Below are positions 7,283 through 15,946 of a stretch of DNA of 35,579 nucleotides, one piece after another. Below the pieces are notes generated by a model. The model was not told the DNA's origin. It made no database searches and saw only the letters and a list, made by a program, of their open reading frames with translations. The stretch's first letter is position 1; each line of letters starts with the position of its first letter. The stretch is from Planctomycetales bacterium (GTDB taxonomy: Bacteria > Planctomycetota > SBBH01), in NCBI GenBank assembly GCA_005239795.1, contig SBBH01000113.1, forward strand, positions 1 to 35,579. The letters run 5' to 3'. The position numbers and the translations under genes are program-made.

Positions 7283-9652
7283 CTATCGCTGTTCTTGATA
7301 CACATTGAGCCTCCAATCGTTCCCGAGCTGGCGGATCCGCGCCTGATCCTTCATCAAACGCTCAAGCGCGGCGCGCTGGTCCACAGTGAGCGCCGGGATC
7401 TCCCGGACTTGCCCCCGCAGCTTTTCCACGCGGGCGTTCAAATCCCTCTGTAAATTCCAGAGAAGCCTCACCTCGTCGACAGAACGCACCAGCGGCATCT
7501 CCATATCTCCCGTCGACGCCATCGGACGGGGGGCGGGACGCTCCCTCTCGGCGTCGAGGCGCCCGAGAAGCGTCTTCAACCCCTCCCGCATCTGGCCGAG
7601 AAGACCCAAGACTTCCGATTCGATATCGACCAGCGCCGCGGTGATCTCAGAACGCATCAAGCATGCCCGGATCTCTTCTATCTTTCCGGCCGCCTCCCCG
7701 GCGGCCCAGGCGTAGACGACCGACTTCCATTGTGGATTATCGAGCTTCTTCTGAAGCCCGCGGGCCTCCTCCACAAGGAGCCCCTCATCGACCACCAGGG
7801 TCCGGATCTCTTCCTGTTCCCAGACCCCGAGATCCCCCCCTTTCTTCAGATCCTCCCAGATCCCCTCGGTCCTATGCTTGACGGCCTCCTGTCCCGCAAT
7901 CAGCCGATCGAGATCCCCTTGAAGGCTCGAGAGCGTCACCTTGGCCTGCTCCGTCGCATACTGCCTCTGCTTGTCGCGCACGGCGGCGGCGGCATCCTCC
8001 AGGTATTTCAAGGCGCGCTGAGCCTCCCAAAGGCCCGAGTCGAGGTACTCCTCACGGAAAAGCCCTTCGACGAGAAACATCTGATCAGCCGCCTTCTGGA
8101 TCTGGCGGGCGGCTTCCTGCGAAAGATCCCGGTCGAGCGCGAGCGCCTCGGCCACACGCTTGGCTTCCCGGGCCGCCTCTTCCTGCGCTCGACGCAGGCG
8201 CTCCAGCTTCTGTCGGTCTTCGGCGCCAAGGCTCCCCCGCTCCAGGCGCTCGATCTCTTCGCGCGCCTCGGCCAAAAGTTTCAAGGCCTGCTTCTGATGG
8301 CCGGGAGCGTCGATCTGGGAGCCCGAATCCTCCTGCATGGACTGGCGGGCCTTCTGCATCTCGTCGGCGGCGGTCGAGATCCGCGAAGAGGCCGCCCCGG
8401 CCTTGCTCTTCTGGGCGTCGGCCGCTAGGGCCCGCGCCTCCTTCTCGAGCGCCTCCTGGCGGCGAGCCGCATCAGCGCCGGCTTCCGGAGGTTTTCCCGC
8501 CTCGTCCGGACCCGGCTGGGAGGCCGAAGTGCCAGGTTTCCCTTGCGGCCCGGGCGACGAGGAAGGGCTGGACGATCCCGATTTTGACGCGGACGCGCCG
8601 GAAGGTTTAGACAGCGAGGCGGCGCGCGCCTGGGCGATCGCCTGATCAAGAGTCGCGATCATCTGCTCAAGATTCTTTTCGGCATGTGCCTGGCTTTTTC
8701 CAGCCTGCGCACCGTCTCCAGCGCGGAGCGCCTCGGCCGCCTGCTCCATCGCCGCGGCCGCGGCGGCCGCATCCTTCCCGGCCTGTGCCAATGCCGGATC
8801 GGCCGGGGGGGTCGCTTCAGCCTGATTCTCCCTGGCGCCCGGGGCGCCCGGCTCGCCTCCAGCCGACCCTGTGAGCTCGCGGGCGAACTGGGCTGTTTCA
8901 CGCCCCAGGTTCGCCTGCGGCAAAGCTTGAGCCTGGGGACTGGATCCCTCCGACCCCTTGGATTCCTGAGGAGCTTCGCCGGGCTTCTCCTGTCCTCTAG
9001 CGGCAGGGCCGCCGAGCCGCTTCTGATTTTCCAGAATCTCCCGCGCCTTGTTCCGGGCCTCTTCAAGCGCCCCGGCCCTCAACATCCCCTCCTGGGCGGC
9101 CGCGAGAGCGTCGAGCCGGCGCTTGATCTCGCGCACGTCGGCCGGGACCGCTCGATCGAGGATGCTCTGCCCCTCCTCGATCACCTTCCGTTCCTTCGCC
9201 GAAAGATCCGCGATCGCGCGGGCGGCGTCTGCGAGCGACTTTTCGCGCTCGCGGACTGCCTCCAGCCGCGCCTCAAGCGTCAGCGCCTCCAGGATCTGGC
9301 GGAGGCTCTCACGCACGGCGTCGGCGCTGGACGCCGCCCCGGTGAAATCCTGCTCTTCGAGGGCGCGCAGGACCTCGTCCATCTCGACCCCGATCCACTC
9401 TTGTTCGAGGCGCGCGAGCGCCCGCTCGAGCCTCGCGCGCTTGTCCGCCTCCTCAGGTTTGGCGGCGTACTTATCCACGAGGCACCTCAGGGCCTCCGTG
9501 AGATGGTCAAAGCGCTCCCTGGCGGCGGCCTGACGGCGCCGATGCCGTGCGCCGTCAGGCCCGGCCACCACCCAGGAGACCGCCACCAAGGCCGCGATCA
9601 CCCCTCTTTTGAACGACCCTCGCGCCAGACGGGTTCTGAATTTTTGCTTCAC
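7283..9652 (-). CDS. Large membrane-anchored coiled-coil protein (low-complexity A/E/Q/R-rich)
   Basis: 789-aa ORF. N-terminal basic stretch plus TM (GVIAALVAVSWVVAG), then long heptad-like helical sequence. The GTG start at 9652 overlaps the upstream TGA (GTGA). Confidence 0.7.
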   Translation of the reverse strand: MKQKFRTRLARGSFKRGVIAALVAVSWVVAGPDGARHRRRQAAARERFDHLTEALRCLVDKYAAKPEEADKRARLERALARLEQEWIGVEMDEVLRALEEQDFTGAASSADAVRESLRQILEALTLEARLEAVREREKSLADAARAIADLSAKERKVIEEGQSILDRAVPADVREIKRRLDALAAAQEGMLRAGALEEARNKAREILENQKRLGGPAARGQEKPGEAPQESKGSEGSSPQAQALPQANLGRETAQFARELTGSAGGEPGAPGARENQAEATPPADPALAQAGKDAAAAAAAMEQAAEALRAGDGAQAGKSQAHAEKNLEQMIATLDQAIAQARAASLSKPSGASASKSGSSSPSSSPGPQGKPGTSASQPGPDEAGKPPEAGADAARRQEALEKEARALAADAQKSKAGAASSRISTAADEMQKARQSMQEDSGSQIDAPGHQKQALKLLAEAREEIERLERGSLGAEDRQKLERLRRAQEEAAREAKRVAEALALDRDLSQEAARQIQKAADQMFLVEGLFREEYLDSGLWEAQRALKYLEDAAAAVRDKQRQYATEQAKVTLSSLQGDLDRLIAGQEAVKHRTEGIWEDLKKGGDLGVWEQEEIRTLVVDEGLLVEEARGLQKKLDNPQWKSVVYAWAAGEAAGKIEEIRACLMRSEITAALVDIESEVLGLLGQMREGLKTLLGRLDAERERPAPRPMASTGDMEMPLVRSVDEVRLLWNLQRDLNARVEKLRGQVREIPALTVDQRAALERLMKDQARIRQLGNDWRLNVYQEQR

Positions 9653-12447
9653 TCTTCTTCCCCCAGTTTGCGCCGGATTTCCCCGGCGCGCGCCGAATCG
9701 CTCCGAATTGCCAAAGCCTCATCGACGGCCCGCCGGGTCTCGTCTCGCCGGCCGGCCGCCAGATGAATCTCGGCGGCCAGGCAATGCAGGTCATGCGTTG
9801 CGGCGTCCACTTCCTCCGGCATCTTCACGTAGACAGGCAGGAAGGAGAGCGATTTCAAGCCCGCCTCCGTCTCACGCAGGGCCGCCGCAGGGTCGGCCAA
9901 CGCCCTGTGCGCCTCGGCCATCGCCAGGTGCGTCCGGGCGTCGAACGGATCGATCCAGAGGAGCTGCATCCCCACGTCGAGGAGTTGCGCATGGCGCCCC
10001 GCCTCGCGATGGCGCGCCAGAAGCCAACGGCGCGACCGCTCGTCCTCATGAACGATGGCGATGCGCCGCTCGACCGCCTCGCGCATGAGGCGCTCGTCTC
10101 CCAGCTCCTTCGCTAGATCGTAAACCTTCCGATAGGGGTCGAACCCACCGTAGACCTGGCGCGGAAAGAACGCGCGCGCCTTCTCAAAATAGCGGATCGC
10201 CTCCGCCGCGCGCCCATCCTCCTCGGCCGTCAACACTCCCAGGGCATGAAAAAGGTAAAAGTCCTCGACGCCCAGTTTTTCCGCCTCCTCAAAATACTGT
10301 CGAGCCTTTTTGATCTCGTCGCGGTCAAATGCCATGTGCCCCAGAACGACGCAGGCGTCGGCGAGCTTTACCCGATCGAGACTCTCCCGCCAGGAGGCTC
10401 CCCTTTCAACGACGCGGCGGGCGTTCCGCTGAGCCTCGTCCAAAAGACCGTTCTGGAAACAACCTCGCGCCAGGCGCGCCGCCAAAAGCAGATCCTCCGG
10501 CGCCGCGGCCGCTTGCGCGGCCAGGCGCTCGACCTCCTCGCGGGACAGGCGGGGCTGGATCTTCCAGGCGGCCAGGCGCTTCCCCAGCCACGCCGCGAAA
10601 TCCTTGTCAAGGTCCGAAAGCGCCACGCCCAGCGCCTCGTGGACCACCGCGGCGTCGCGCCCCCCCGTCCAGCCGCGCATCATCTCCTGGGCGCGCGTCT
10701 TGGCGCCCGAGCCCTTCCGCCAGGCCGCCATCATGCGGGAAAGCCCCTCGACGCCAAACCGGCCGTCGAGATACTCGCAGACGAGGCTCGAAACGTAGTA
10801 GTACATCCGAACCTTGTCGCCGCCGAACCCCTGGCTGAGCCTTGAGATCGGCAGAAGCGTCCCGTCATGGAAAGCGTCGAAGATCTCCTCGTCGATCCCC
10901 TCCTCCCAGTCCCATTCGGGGCGGAAGCGCCTCTCCTCGTAGGTCGACAACCCTTCCGTGAACCATTGTGCCACCAGCCCCTCGGTGGCCTGGACCGAGA
11001 AGATGTGCGTGAGCTCATGGCGCAAGATCTGCGCCCAACACCTCTTTCGCGGGGCTAAGGTCGTCGGCGACTGGTTGACGACGACGCGTCCGAGACAGAC
11101 CCCCAGGAAGGGGACGCCGGGAGTGCCGAATCCGCGCACGGCGAAATCCTGCGCGTCGTCGTAGAGCTCGACGCGGATCGGAAGCTCCGGCTGGAAGCGG
11201 TAGCGGGCTGAGAGCTCCGCGTACCACGATTCCAAGAGCGACTCGGCGTAGGCGCGCAAGACCGGCGCCTCGCGGCGGGAGAGGCGCAGCTCAAAATGCT
11301 CGGTCTTCGAGACCTCGAAATAATCCGGCAGGTCCTCGAGAAGCGTCAGGCAATTCTTGGCCGTCACGTTGAAGAGATCCATAGCGCGCACCCGGCGAAA
11401 CGCTTCGGTGGCCGACGCGATGTCTCCCTCATTCATGCTGTGGAGGCCGAGCGAAAGCCATGCCTCCTTCAAAAACGGGTCGATCGCGACGGCCTTCTTC
11501 TCCCAGCGGATCGCCTCGCGTGGGTCGCGGGGGTTTTCCGACAGACGCGCGGCCCACAGTTCGGGAAGAGCGCAACAGGGATTTATCGCGCGAGCGGCGG
11601 ATGAGCTCTTTGTGAACTTCTCGAGATCCCCGTCGTAATAGTGCCAGGCGGCCGCCGCGGCATGTGCGGCAGCGCTCCGGGGGTTGGCTTCAAGCGCCCG
11701 CGCCAGGTGTTCCAGGGCCTCCGTGCGCGCCGCCGCGCTCGCCACATACCCGGGTCCGTCCCCCCGATAATCGGATCCCTCTTGGGCCTGTTCCTCCTCG
11801 CCCCCTCCCATGGAGCCCGCCTCACGACCGAAGAGAAGATTCAAGGCGCGGGCCACGCGGCAATCGGCGCGTTGAGGGGCCTGCCGGACCGCCTCTTCGA
11901 TCCTCCCCAACACCATCAAAAGATCGGGATCCCGAGGATCCTTTTCGAACGCTGCCGAAGTTTCAGCTTTGGCGTCGTGCTTCTGGCCGGCCGCCATGAA
12001 CGCGCGGATCCGCAGGACATGGGGACGCACAAGCCCCGGAGCCTCCCTCGAAATCGAGGGGAGCTCTTCTTGAATGACGCTTTTCATGAGCTCTGCGTCG
12101 CCAGTGAGCTCGGCCAGGAGAAAACGCGCTTCGGCCCGCGCCAGGCGCGCCGAAAGGGGCCCCTCCTGGCCGACGGCCAGTGGCGCCACCAGAGGCTTTA
12201 AGATCCCCACCGCCTCCTCGCGCCGGCCCGTCTCAAGAAACGTCCGGGCTGCCAACAGACGCGCACGGCCGTCCGAAGGATCTCGTGCCACGTACCGGAG
12301 AACCGCCTCGCGGGCTTTCTCATACTCGCCGCGGCCTAGCATCGCCTCGGCTTCCTCAAGAGAGGTGGCCCCGAGCAGAAAGGAGGGAAATGCCAGAAAG
12401 GCCGCGGCCCTCCACGCCAAAACCCCGCGCCGCGGCCGGCTCGTCAT
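9649..12447 (-). CDS. Exported TPR-repeat protein with a central MA-clan (HExxH) metallopeptidase-like domain
   Basis: Signal-like N-terminus (AAFLAFPSFLLGATS). TPR-like repeats at both ends. ILRHELTHIFS...WFTEGLSTYEE matches the HExxH plus downstream Glu pattern of Peptidase_MA-type domains. Strong SD AAGGGAGGG 5 nt upstream of ATG 12447. Confidence 0.8.
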   Translation of the reverse strand: MTSRPRRGVLAWRAAAFLAFPSFLLGATSLEEAEAMLGRGEYEKAREAVLRYVARDPSDGRARLLAARTFLETGRREEAVGILKPLVAPLAVGQEGPLSARLARAEARFLLAELTGDAELMKSVIQEELPSISREAPGLVRPHVLRIRAFMAAGQKHDAKAETSAAFEKDPRDPDLLMVLGRIEEAVRQAPQRADCRVARALNLLFGREAGSMGGGEEEQAQEGSDYRGDGPGYVASAAARTEALEHLARALEANPRSAAAHAAAAAWHYYDGDLEKFTKSSSAARAINPCCALPELWAARLSENPRDPREAIRWEKKAVAIDPFLKEAWLSLGLHSMNEGDIASATEAFRRVRAMDLFNVTAKNCLTLLEDLPDYFEVSKTEHFELRLSRREAPVLRAYAESLLESWYAELSARYRFQPELPIRVELYDDAQDFAVRGFGTPGVPFLGVCLGRVVVNQSPTTLAPRKRCWAQILRHELTHIFSVQATEGLVAQWFTEGLSTYEERRFRPEWDWEEGIDEEIFDAFHDGTLLPISRLSQGFGGDKVRMYYYVSSLVCEYLDGRFGVEGLSRMMAAWRKGSGAKTRAQEMMRGWTGGRDAAVVHEALGVALSDLDKDFAAWLGKRLAAWKIQPRLSREEVERLAAQAAAAPEDLLLAARLARGCFQNGLLDEAQRNARRVVERGASWRESLDRVKLADACVVLGHMAFDRDEIKKARQYFEEAEKLGVEDFYLFHALGVLTAEEDGRAAEAIRYFEKARAFFPRQVYGGFDPYRKVYDLAKELGDERLMREAVERRIAIVHEDERSRRWLLARHREAGRHAQLLDVGMQLLWIDPFDARTHLAMAEAHRALADPAAALRETEAGLKSLSFLPVYVKMPEEVDAATHDLHCLAAEIHLAAGRRDETRRAVDEALAIRSDSARAGEIRRKLGEEE

Positions 12448-12524
12448 AAAAACCCTCCCTTACTATAACGGCCCATCTCCGAGAAAGTTGGCCGGCGGAG
12501 CCGGATTTCGAAAAAATAAATCCC

Positions 12525-13523
12525 TCAAGGAGCGGTGGCGCGAACTTCGGTCACGACCCCTTCGCCCGACACCTTGAGGATCTTGGGAACCACCGATGTC
12601 CGAAACTCCGCCCAGGTTTGCGGGTCCACATTGATCACGGGGAACAAGATCTTGTAGCGCTCAGCGAAGCGGCGCGAGGAATCGGGGTCGCTTGTGCAGA
12701 TGCCGACGAACCGCATCTTTCCTTTCTCCTCGCCCCCCTTTGCTCCCCCCTCCCGCGCAAACCAGGCGTTCCAAGCCGGGGCCGAGAGAGCGCAGGCAGT
12801 GCAGGAGGATTTGAACAGAATCACGACGCATGGCGGTTCGCCGGGACCGAACGCCACCTTGTGGCGCGTCCCGGCGGGAGCCCCCACAAGCGCCCCCTGA
12901 AAAGAAGGAAGCTTCACCCCCGCCTCCATCGGGGAGCGGTTTGAAAACCCTCCCGAGGGGGAATACCCCCCCTCCCGTATGATCTTGGCGTTGATCCCCT
13001 TCTGGTAGAGCGTTGTCACGGTGAGACAGAGGATCAGCACAACTTGAGCGATCCGCCAGCGCCCCTCCCACAGGGGGGCCGCGGCGCGGCCCAACCCCTC
13101 TCGGCGGCGGCTTCCCGAATGACGGTAGAGCAGAAAAACTCCCCAAGCACCCAGGAGAAGATTTCGGAAAAGAAGATGGGGTCCCACCGTGGTCCCCTGA
13201 ATCAAGGGGATCTTGCAGCCGCACTCATGGAATTCTCCCCGGTAGAGCGCCCGAGCGACGGCGGATGTGAAGACCGCCAAGAGCCCCAATGCCAGGCCGC
13301 ATCCAGCGGCGCGGGTGCGCGAAACGGCGATCAAGACCCCCGCCGCGACCTCGGCCGAGACCATCGCATAGGCCAAAGGATCGACCCAGGACGTCGGCAG
13401 GATCTGGTAGGCTGAGACCGAGATCGCGAACTGCGGGACGTCCACGGCCTTCCCCCACCCGGCGGCGATCCAGAAGACGCCGTAGAGAACCCATAAAAAG
13501 ATGTCGGCGGCGCGATTGAGCAT
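12525..13523 (-). CDS. MauE/DoxX-like membrane domain fused to a thioredoxin-like (TlpA/ResA-type) domain
   Basis: N-terminal multi-TM region with the FHECGCK motif typical of MauE-family proteins. C-terminal VVILFKSSCTACALSAPAW carries a CxxC (CTAC) motif. Confidence 0.7.
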   Translation of the reverse strand: MLNRAADIFLWVLYGVFWIAAGWGKAVDVPQFAISVSAYQILPTSWVDPLAYAMVSAEVAAGVLIAVSRTRAAGCGLALGLLAVFTSAVARALYRGEFHECGCKIPLIQGTTVGPHLLFRNLLLGAWGVFLLYRHSGSRRREGLGRAAAPLWEGRWRIAQVVLILCLTVTTLYQKGINAKIIREGGYSPSGGFSNRSPMEAGVKLPSFQGALVGAPAGTRHKVAFGPGEPPCVVILFKSSCTACALSAPAWNAWFAREGGAKGGEEKGKMRFVGICTSDPDSSRRFAERYKILFPVINVDPQTWAEFRTSVVPKILKVSGEGVVTEVRATAP

Positions 13524-13598
13524 TGCGAGAGGAGGATTATACGTTGCCTTGACACTCCCGGATCCGTGGCATACCGTGCTGGAGAAAGGAGCGGATCC

Positions 13599-14051
13599 AT
13601 GCGCATCGCAAAGCAGTTGTCAATCTTCCTCATCAACCAGCCGGGAAGACTGGCCGCCGTGTCGGCGAGCCTGGCCAAGGAGAAGATCAACATCACGGCC
13701 CTGACCGTCATGGACAGCACGGAGCACGGCGTGTTGCGCCTGGTGGCGGAAGAGCCCGAACGAGCCTTGAAGGTGCTCGAGAAAAACGGCTGTTCGGTGA
13801 CCCAGACCGATATTCTGCTTCTTGAACTTCCCAATCGGCCGGGGGCATTCGCCTCGGTGGCTAAAATCCTCGCCGAGTCCCACATCAACATCGACTATGC
13901 CTACTGCACGTCGGGGGCCCCCGGCGGCAAGACCACCGCCATCTTCAAGGTCCCCTTCATCGAGAAGGCGATCAAGATCCTGGCGGGGAACAGCCGCAGG
14001 CCCGAACACGACGCGGCAGTCCCCAAAAGCCAGCGGGCGGCGCACCGGTAG
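13599..14051 (+). CDS. ACT-domain (tandem ACT) small-molecule-binding protein
   Basis: MRIAKQLSIFLINQPGRLAAVSASLAKEKINITAL.. and LLLELPNRPGAFASVAKILAESHINIDYAY are two ACT-like beta-alpha-beta units. AGGAG lies 8 nt upstream of ATG 13599, so the ORF-track GTG 13566 is trimmed. Confidence 0.8.
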   Translation: MRIAKQLSIFLINQPGRLAAVSASLAKEKINITALTVMDSTEHGVLRLVAEEPERALKVLEKNGCSVTQTDILLLELPNRPGAFASVAKILAESHINIDYAYCTSGAPGGKTTAIFKVPFIEKAIKILAGNSRRPEHDAAVPKSQRAAHR

Positions 14052-14145
14052 CAGCAAATAAAGCCCCTTTTCTAACGGGGGGCGAGGGAGACTGGGAGAC
14101 GAGGCGAAGAGGCCCTGCCCATTCTGATCGTTCCTTGTCCGCGTC

Positions 14146-14172
14146 CCCGGGCTACCCCCGGGCGTTCTTTTT
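14146..14172 (+). terminator. Putative intrinsic terminator of the ACT gene
   Basis: CCCGGG (14146-51) / loop CTACC / CCCGGG (14157-62), followed by CGTTCTTTTT. Confidence 0.45.
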
Positions 14173-14174
14173 CC

Positions 14175-14180
14175 TATAAT
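14175..14180 (+). promoter_or_regulatory. Perfect -10 hexamer TATAAT upstream of the tRNA
   Basis: TATAAT ends 14 nt before tRNA position 1. No convincing -35 is seen (CTACCC at the 17-nt spacing). Confidence 0.4.
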
Positions 14181-14194
14181 TCCCCAACTTCGGA

Positions 14195-14268
14195 GGCGGG
14201 GTAGCTCAGTCGGTTAGAGCGAGGGTTTCATAAGCCCTAGGTCGCCGGTTCGAGTCCGGCCTCCGCCA
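14195..14268 (+). tRNA. tRNA with CAT anticodon (elongator tRNA-Met, or tRNA-Ile2 if C34 is lysidinylated)
   Basis: Manual cloverleaf. Acceptor GGCGGGG/CTCCGCC (one G-U). D arm GCTC-AGTCGGTTA-GAGC. Anticodon stem AGGGT/GCCCT with loop TTCATAA. Variable AGGTC. T arm GCCGG-TTCGAGT-CCGGC. Discriminator A. CCA is not encoded. Confidence 0.9.
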
Positions 14269-14305
14269 TTTTCGCGCATCGCGCTTCCAGCGCGAACGCG
14301 AAAAA
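14269..14305. other. Perfect nested palindrome immediately 3' of the tRNA
   Basis: TTTCGCG-CA-TCGCGC-TTCCA-GCGCGA-A-CGCGAAA. The T-run and A-run are part of the stem, so it is not a canonical U-tailed terminator on either strand. Confidence 0.6.
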
Positions 14306-14306
14306 T

Positions 14307-14412
14307 AGAACAGGAGAGGGTAGAAAGTAGAAAGGAGAAAGTAGAGATCTCCTGGGAATGACAAGAGGACACCCTCTCCTACGGTCTACTGTTCTCCTTT
14401 CTCCTCTCTCCC
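14307..14412. repeat. Heptad array pair: purine-rich GTAGAAA-type x4 (14320-14347) and a pyrimidine-rich TTCTCCT-type arm (about 14375-14411)
   Basis: Read directly: GTAGAAA GTAGAAA GGAGAAA GTAGAGA, then ..ACCCTCTCCTACGGTCTACTGTTCTCCTTTCTCCTCTCTCC. GGAGAGGGT (14312-20) pairs perfectly with ACCCTCTCC (14371-79). Confidence 0.7.
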
Positions 14413-14462
14413 AAGAGCCAAGTTTCGCGTATCGTCCACCTACACACCTTCGGTGTTACGGT

Positions 14463-14610
14463 GGATCCGCCGGAGCGAACAAAGTAAGCGTAGGCGGACT
14501 CGCCGCGGTAGGTGTCACAGGCAGACACGACGTCGCGGCTTGCGCCTTTCCGCCTACATCACGTCGTGATTCCAGCGGATCCGCCGGAGCGGCAAAGCCG
14601 CAAAGGCGGA
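14463..14610. repeat. Two homologous stem-loops sharing a 15-nt perfect direct repeat GGATCCGCCGGAGCG (14463-77 and 14577-91)
   Basis: Each copy closes TCCGCC...GGCGGA (14466-98; 14580-610). Between them lie nested stems GTAGGCGGA/TCCGCCTAC, GCCGCG/CGCGGC, GTGTC/GACAC and the 8-bp pair CACGACGT/ACGTCGTG. Confidence 0.6.
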
Positions 14611-14743
14611 GCATCTGGCCCACGCTTCGCGAAATGGGCAACAAAGCACTGAAATATCGAGTGGACCATGTGGAGCGTTTCTCGTCTCTACGCAATCTAT
14701 GCGCCATTGCGAAGTGTCCTGCGCCATCATTTCGTGGGATAGC

Positions 14744-15418
14744 ATGAGATCGATGCCGGAACCGGAGCGCGATTTCCAACGAGAGCGCACGCGGATGGTG
14801 GCAACACAGATCGCCGCGCGGGGCGTAAAGGATCCCCGGGTCCTGGCGGCGATGAAACGCGTCCCACGGGAGCGGTTTCTCCTGCTGGAAGATCGCGGCC
14901 TGGCCCATGAGGACCACGCCGTCGCGATCGGCCGGGGACAGACGCTCTCCCAGCCCTACATGGTCGCGAAGATGACGGAGGAGCTTTGCCTGACGGGTTC
15001 CGAACGGGTCTTGGAGATCGGGACCGGGTCGGGGTACCAGACCGCGATCCTGGCGGAGCTCGCCGCCGAAATCTTCACCGTCGAGCGGATCGAAGAGCTG
15101 TCCTTAAGGGCGCGCCATACCCTCGAGGAGCTCGGCTACCGGAACATCCGTTTCCGCGTGGGGGACGGCTCTCAAGGTTGGGGCGAATTCGCCCCTTACG
15201 AACGGATCCTTGTCACAGCGGGGGCGCCGGAACTTCCCCCATCGCTCGTCGCCCAACTCGCCCCCGGGGGGATTCTCGCCATTCCCGTCGGCGACGAGCG
15301 TTCGCAGATACTCACGATCGTCTCAAAAACCGCCGACGGCCGGATTGTGCAATCGCGCTCGACTCTCTGCACGTTCGTGAAGCTGATCGGACAGGAAGGG
15401 TGGACCGCGGAAAAATAA
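14744..15418 (+). CDS. pcm: Protein-L-isoaspartate O-methyltransferase
   Basis: RTRMVATQIAARGVKDPRVLAAMKRVPRERFL, VLEIGTGSGYQTAILA (SAM motif I), ILVTAGAPELP. The ORF-track start 14699 is trimmed to ATG 14744 (ATG 14753 is also possible). Confidence 0.9.
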   Translation: MRSMPEPERDFQRERTRMVATQIAARGVKDPRVLAAMKRVPRERFLLLEDRGLAHEDHAVAIGRGQTLSQPYMVAKMTEELCLTGSERVLEIGTGSGYQTAILAELAAEIFTVERIEELSLRARHTLEELGYRNIRFRVGDGSQGWGEFAPYERILVTAGAPELPPSLVAQLAPGGILAIPVGDERSQILTIVSKTADGRIVQSRSTLCTFVKLIGQEGWTAEK

Positions 15419-15486
15419 TTCAAGAATCCGTTGAACAAAACGCCCCTCCGCCGCACCTAGAGAGAGGGGAATGTGACCAGGGAATC

Positions 15487-15939
15487 ATGGGAAACGCCAG
15501 CGACCTCGACGCGCTTGTCAACGGACTCCTACCCCGCCTCTACACCACGGCGCACTGGATGGCGCGTCCCCCCATCCGGCCCGAGGATGCGGTCCAGGAG
15601 ACCCTGATGCACTTCATTCGGTCGCACCGCCAGGATCCCGCGCGGATCCGCGACCCGCTGGGCTGGTGCCTGAGCGTCCTGATCCGCGAATGCCGGCGCC
15701 GGCCGAGGGAATCCTCTCTGCCGACCGGCGACATCCTTTCCCCCGCAGCAGACCCGGCCCAAGAGGCGGCGGATCGCGAACGGGACCGGATCCTCCACGA
15801 GGCGCTCGCCGGGCTTCCCGACGACGAGCGCGATCCGATCGGCCTGCACGTGTTCGGAGGGATGACGATCCGACAGGCGTCCGAGGCGCTCGGGGTCCCC
15901 TCCGCCACCGTCCACCACCGGCATCCGCGTCGGATTTGA
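15487..15939 (+). CDS. ECF-type sigma-70 family RNA polymerase sigma factor
   Basis: Region 2-like EDAVQETLMHFIR and region 4-like LPDDERDPIGLHVFGGMTIRQASEALGVPSATV. ORF 14986..15939 overlaps pcm, so it is trimmed to ATG 15487 (MGNASDL..). Confidence 0.8.
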   Translation: MGNASDLDALVNGLLPRLYTTAHWMARPPIRPEDAVQETLMHFIRSHRQDPARIRDPLGWCLSVLIRECRRRPRESSLPTGDILSPAADPAQEAADRERDRILHEALAGLPDDERDPIGLHVFGGMTIRQASEALGVPSATVHHRHPRRI

Positions 15940-15946
15940 GCAATTT

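Noticed and set aside
14195-14268. Initiator tRNA-fMet
   Set aside because: Positions 1-72 form a normal G-C pair rather than the C-A mismatch of bacterial initiators, so it is an elongator Met or Ile2. Met versus Ile2 cannot be decided by eye.
14358-14747. 129-aa ORF in the tRNA-pcm spacer
   Set aside because: Low-complexity translation that tracks the direct repeats and stem-loops. No SD and no GC3 bias. More likely non-coding.
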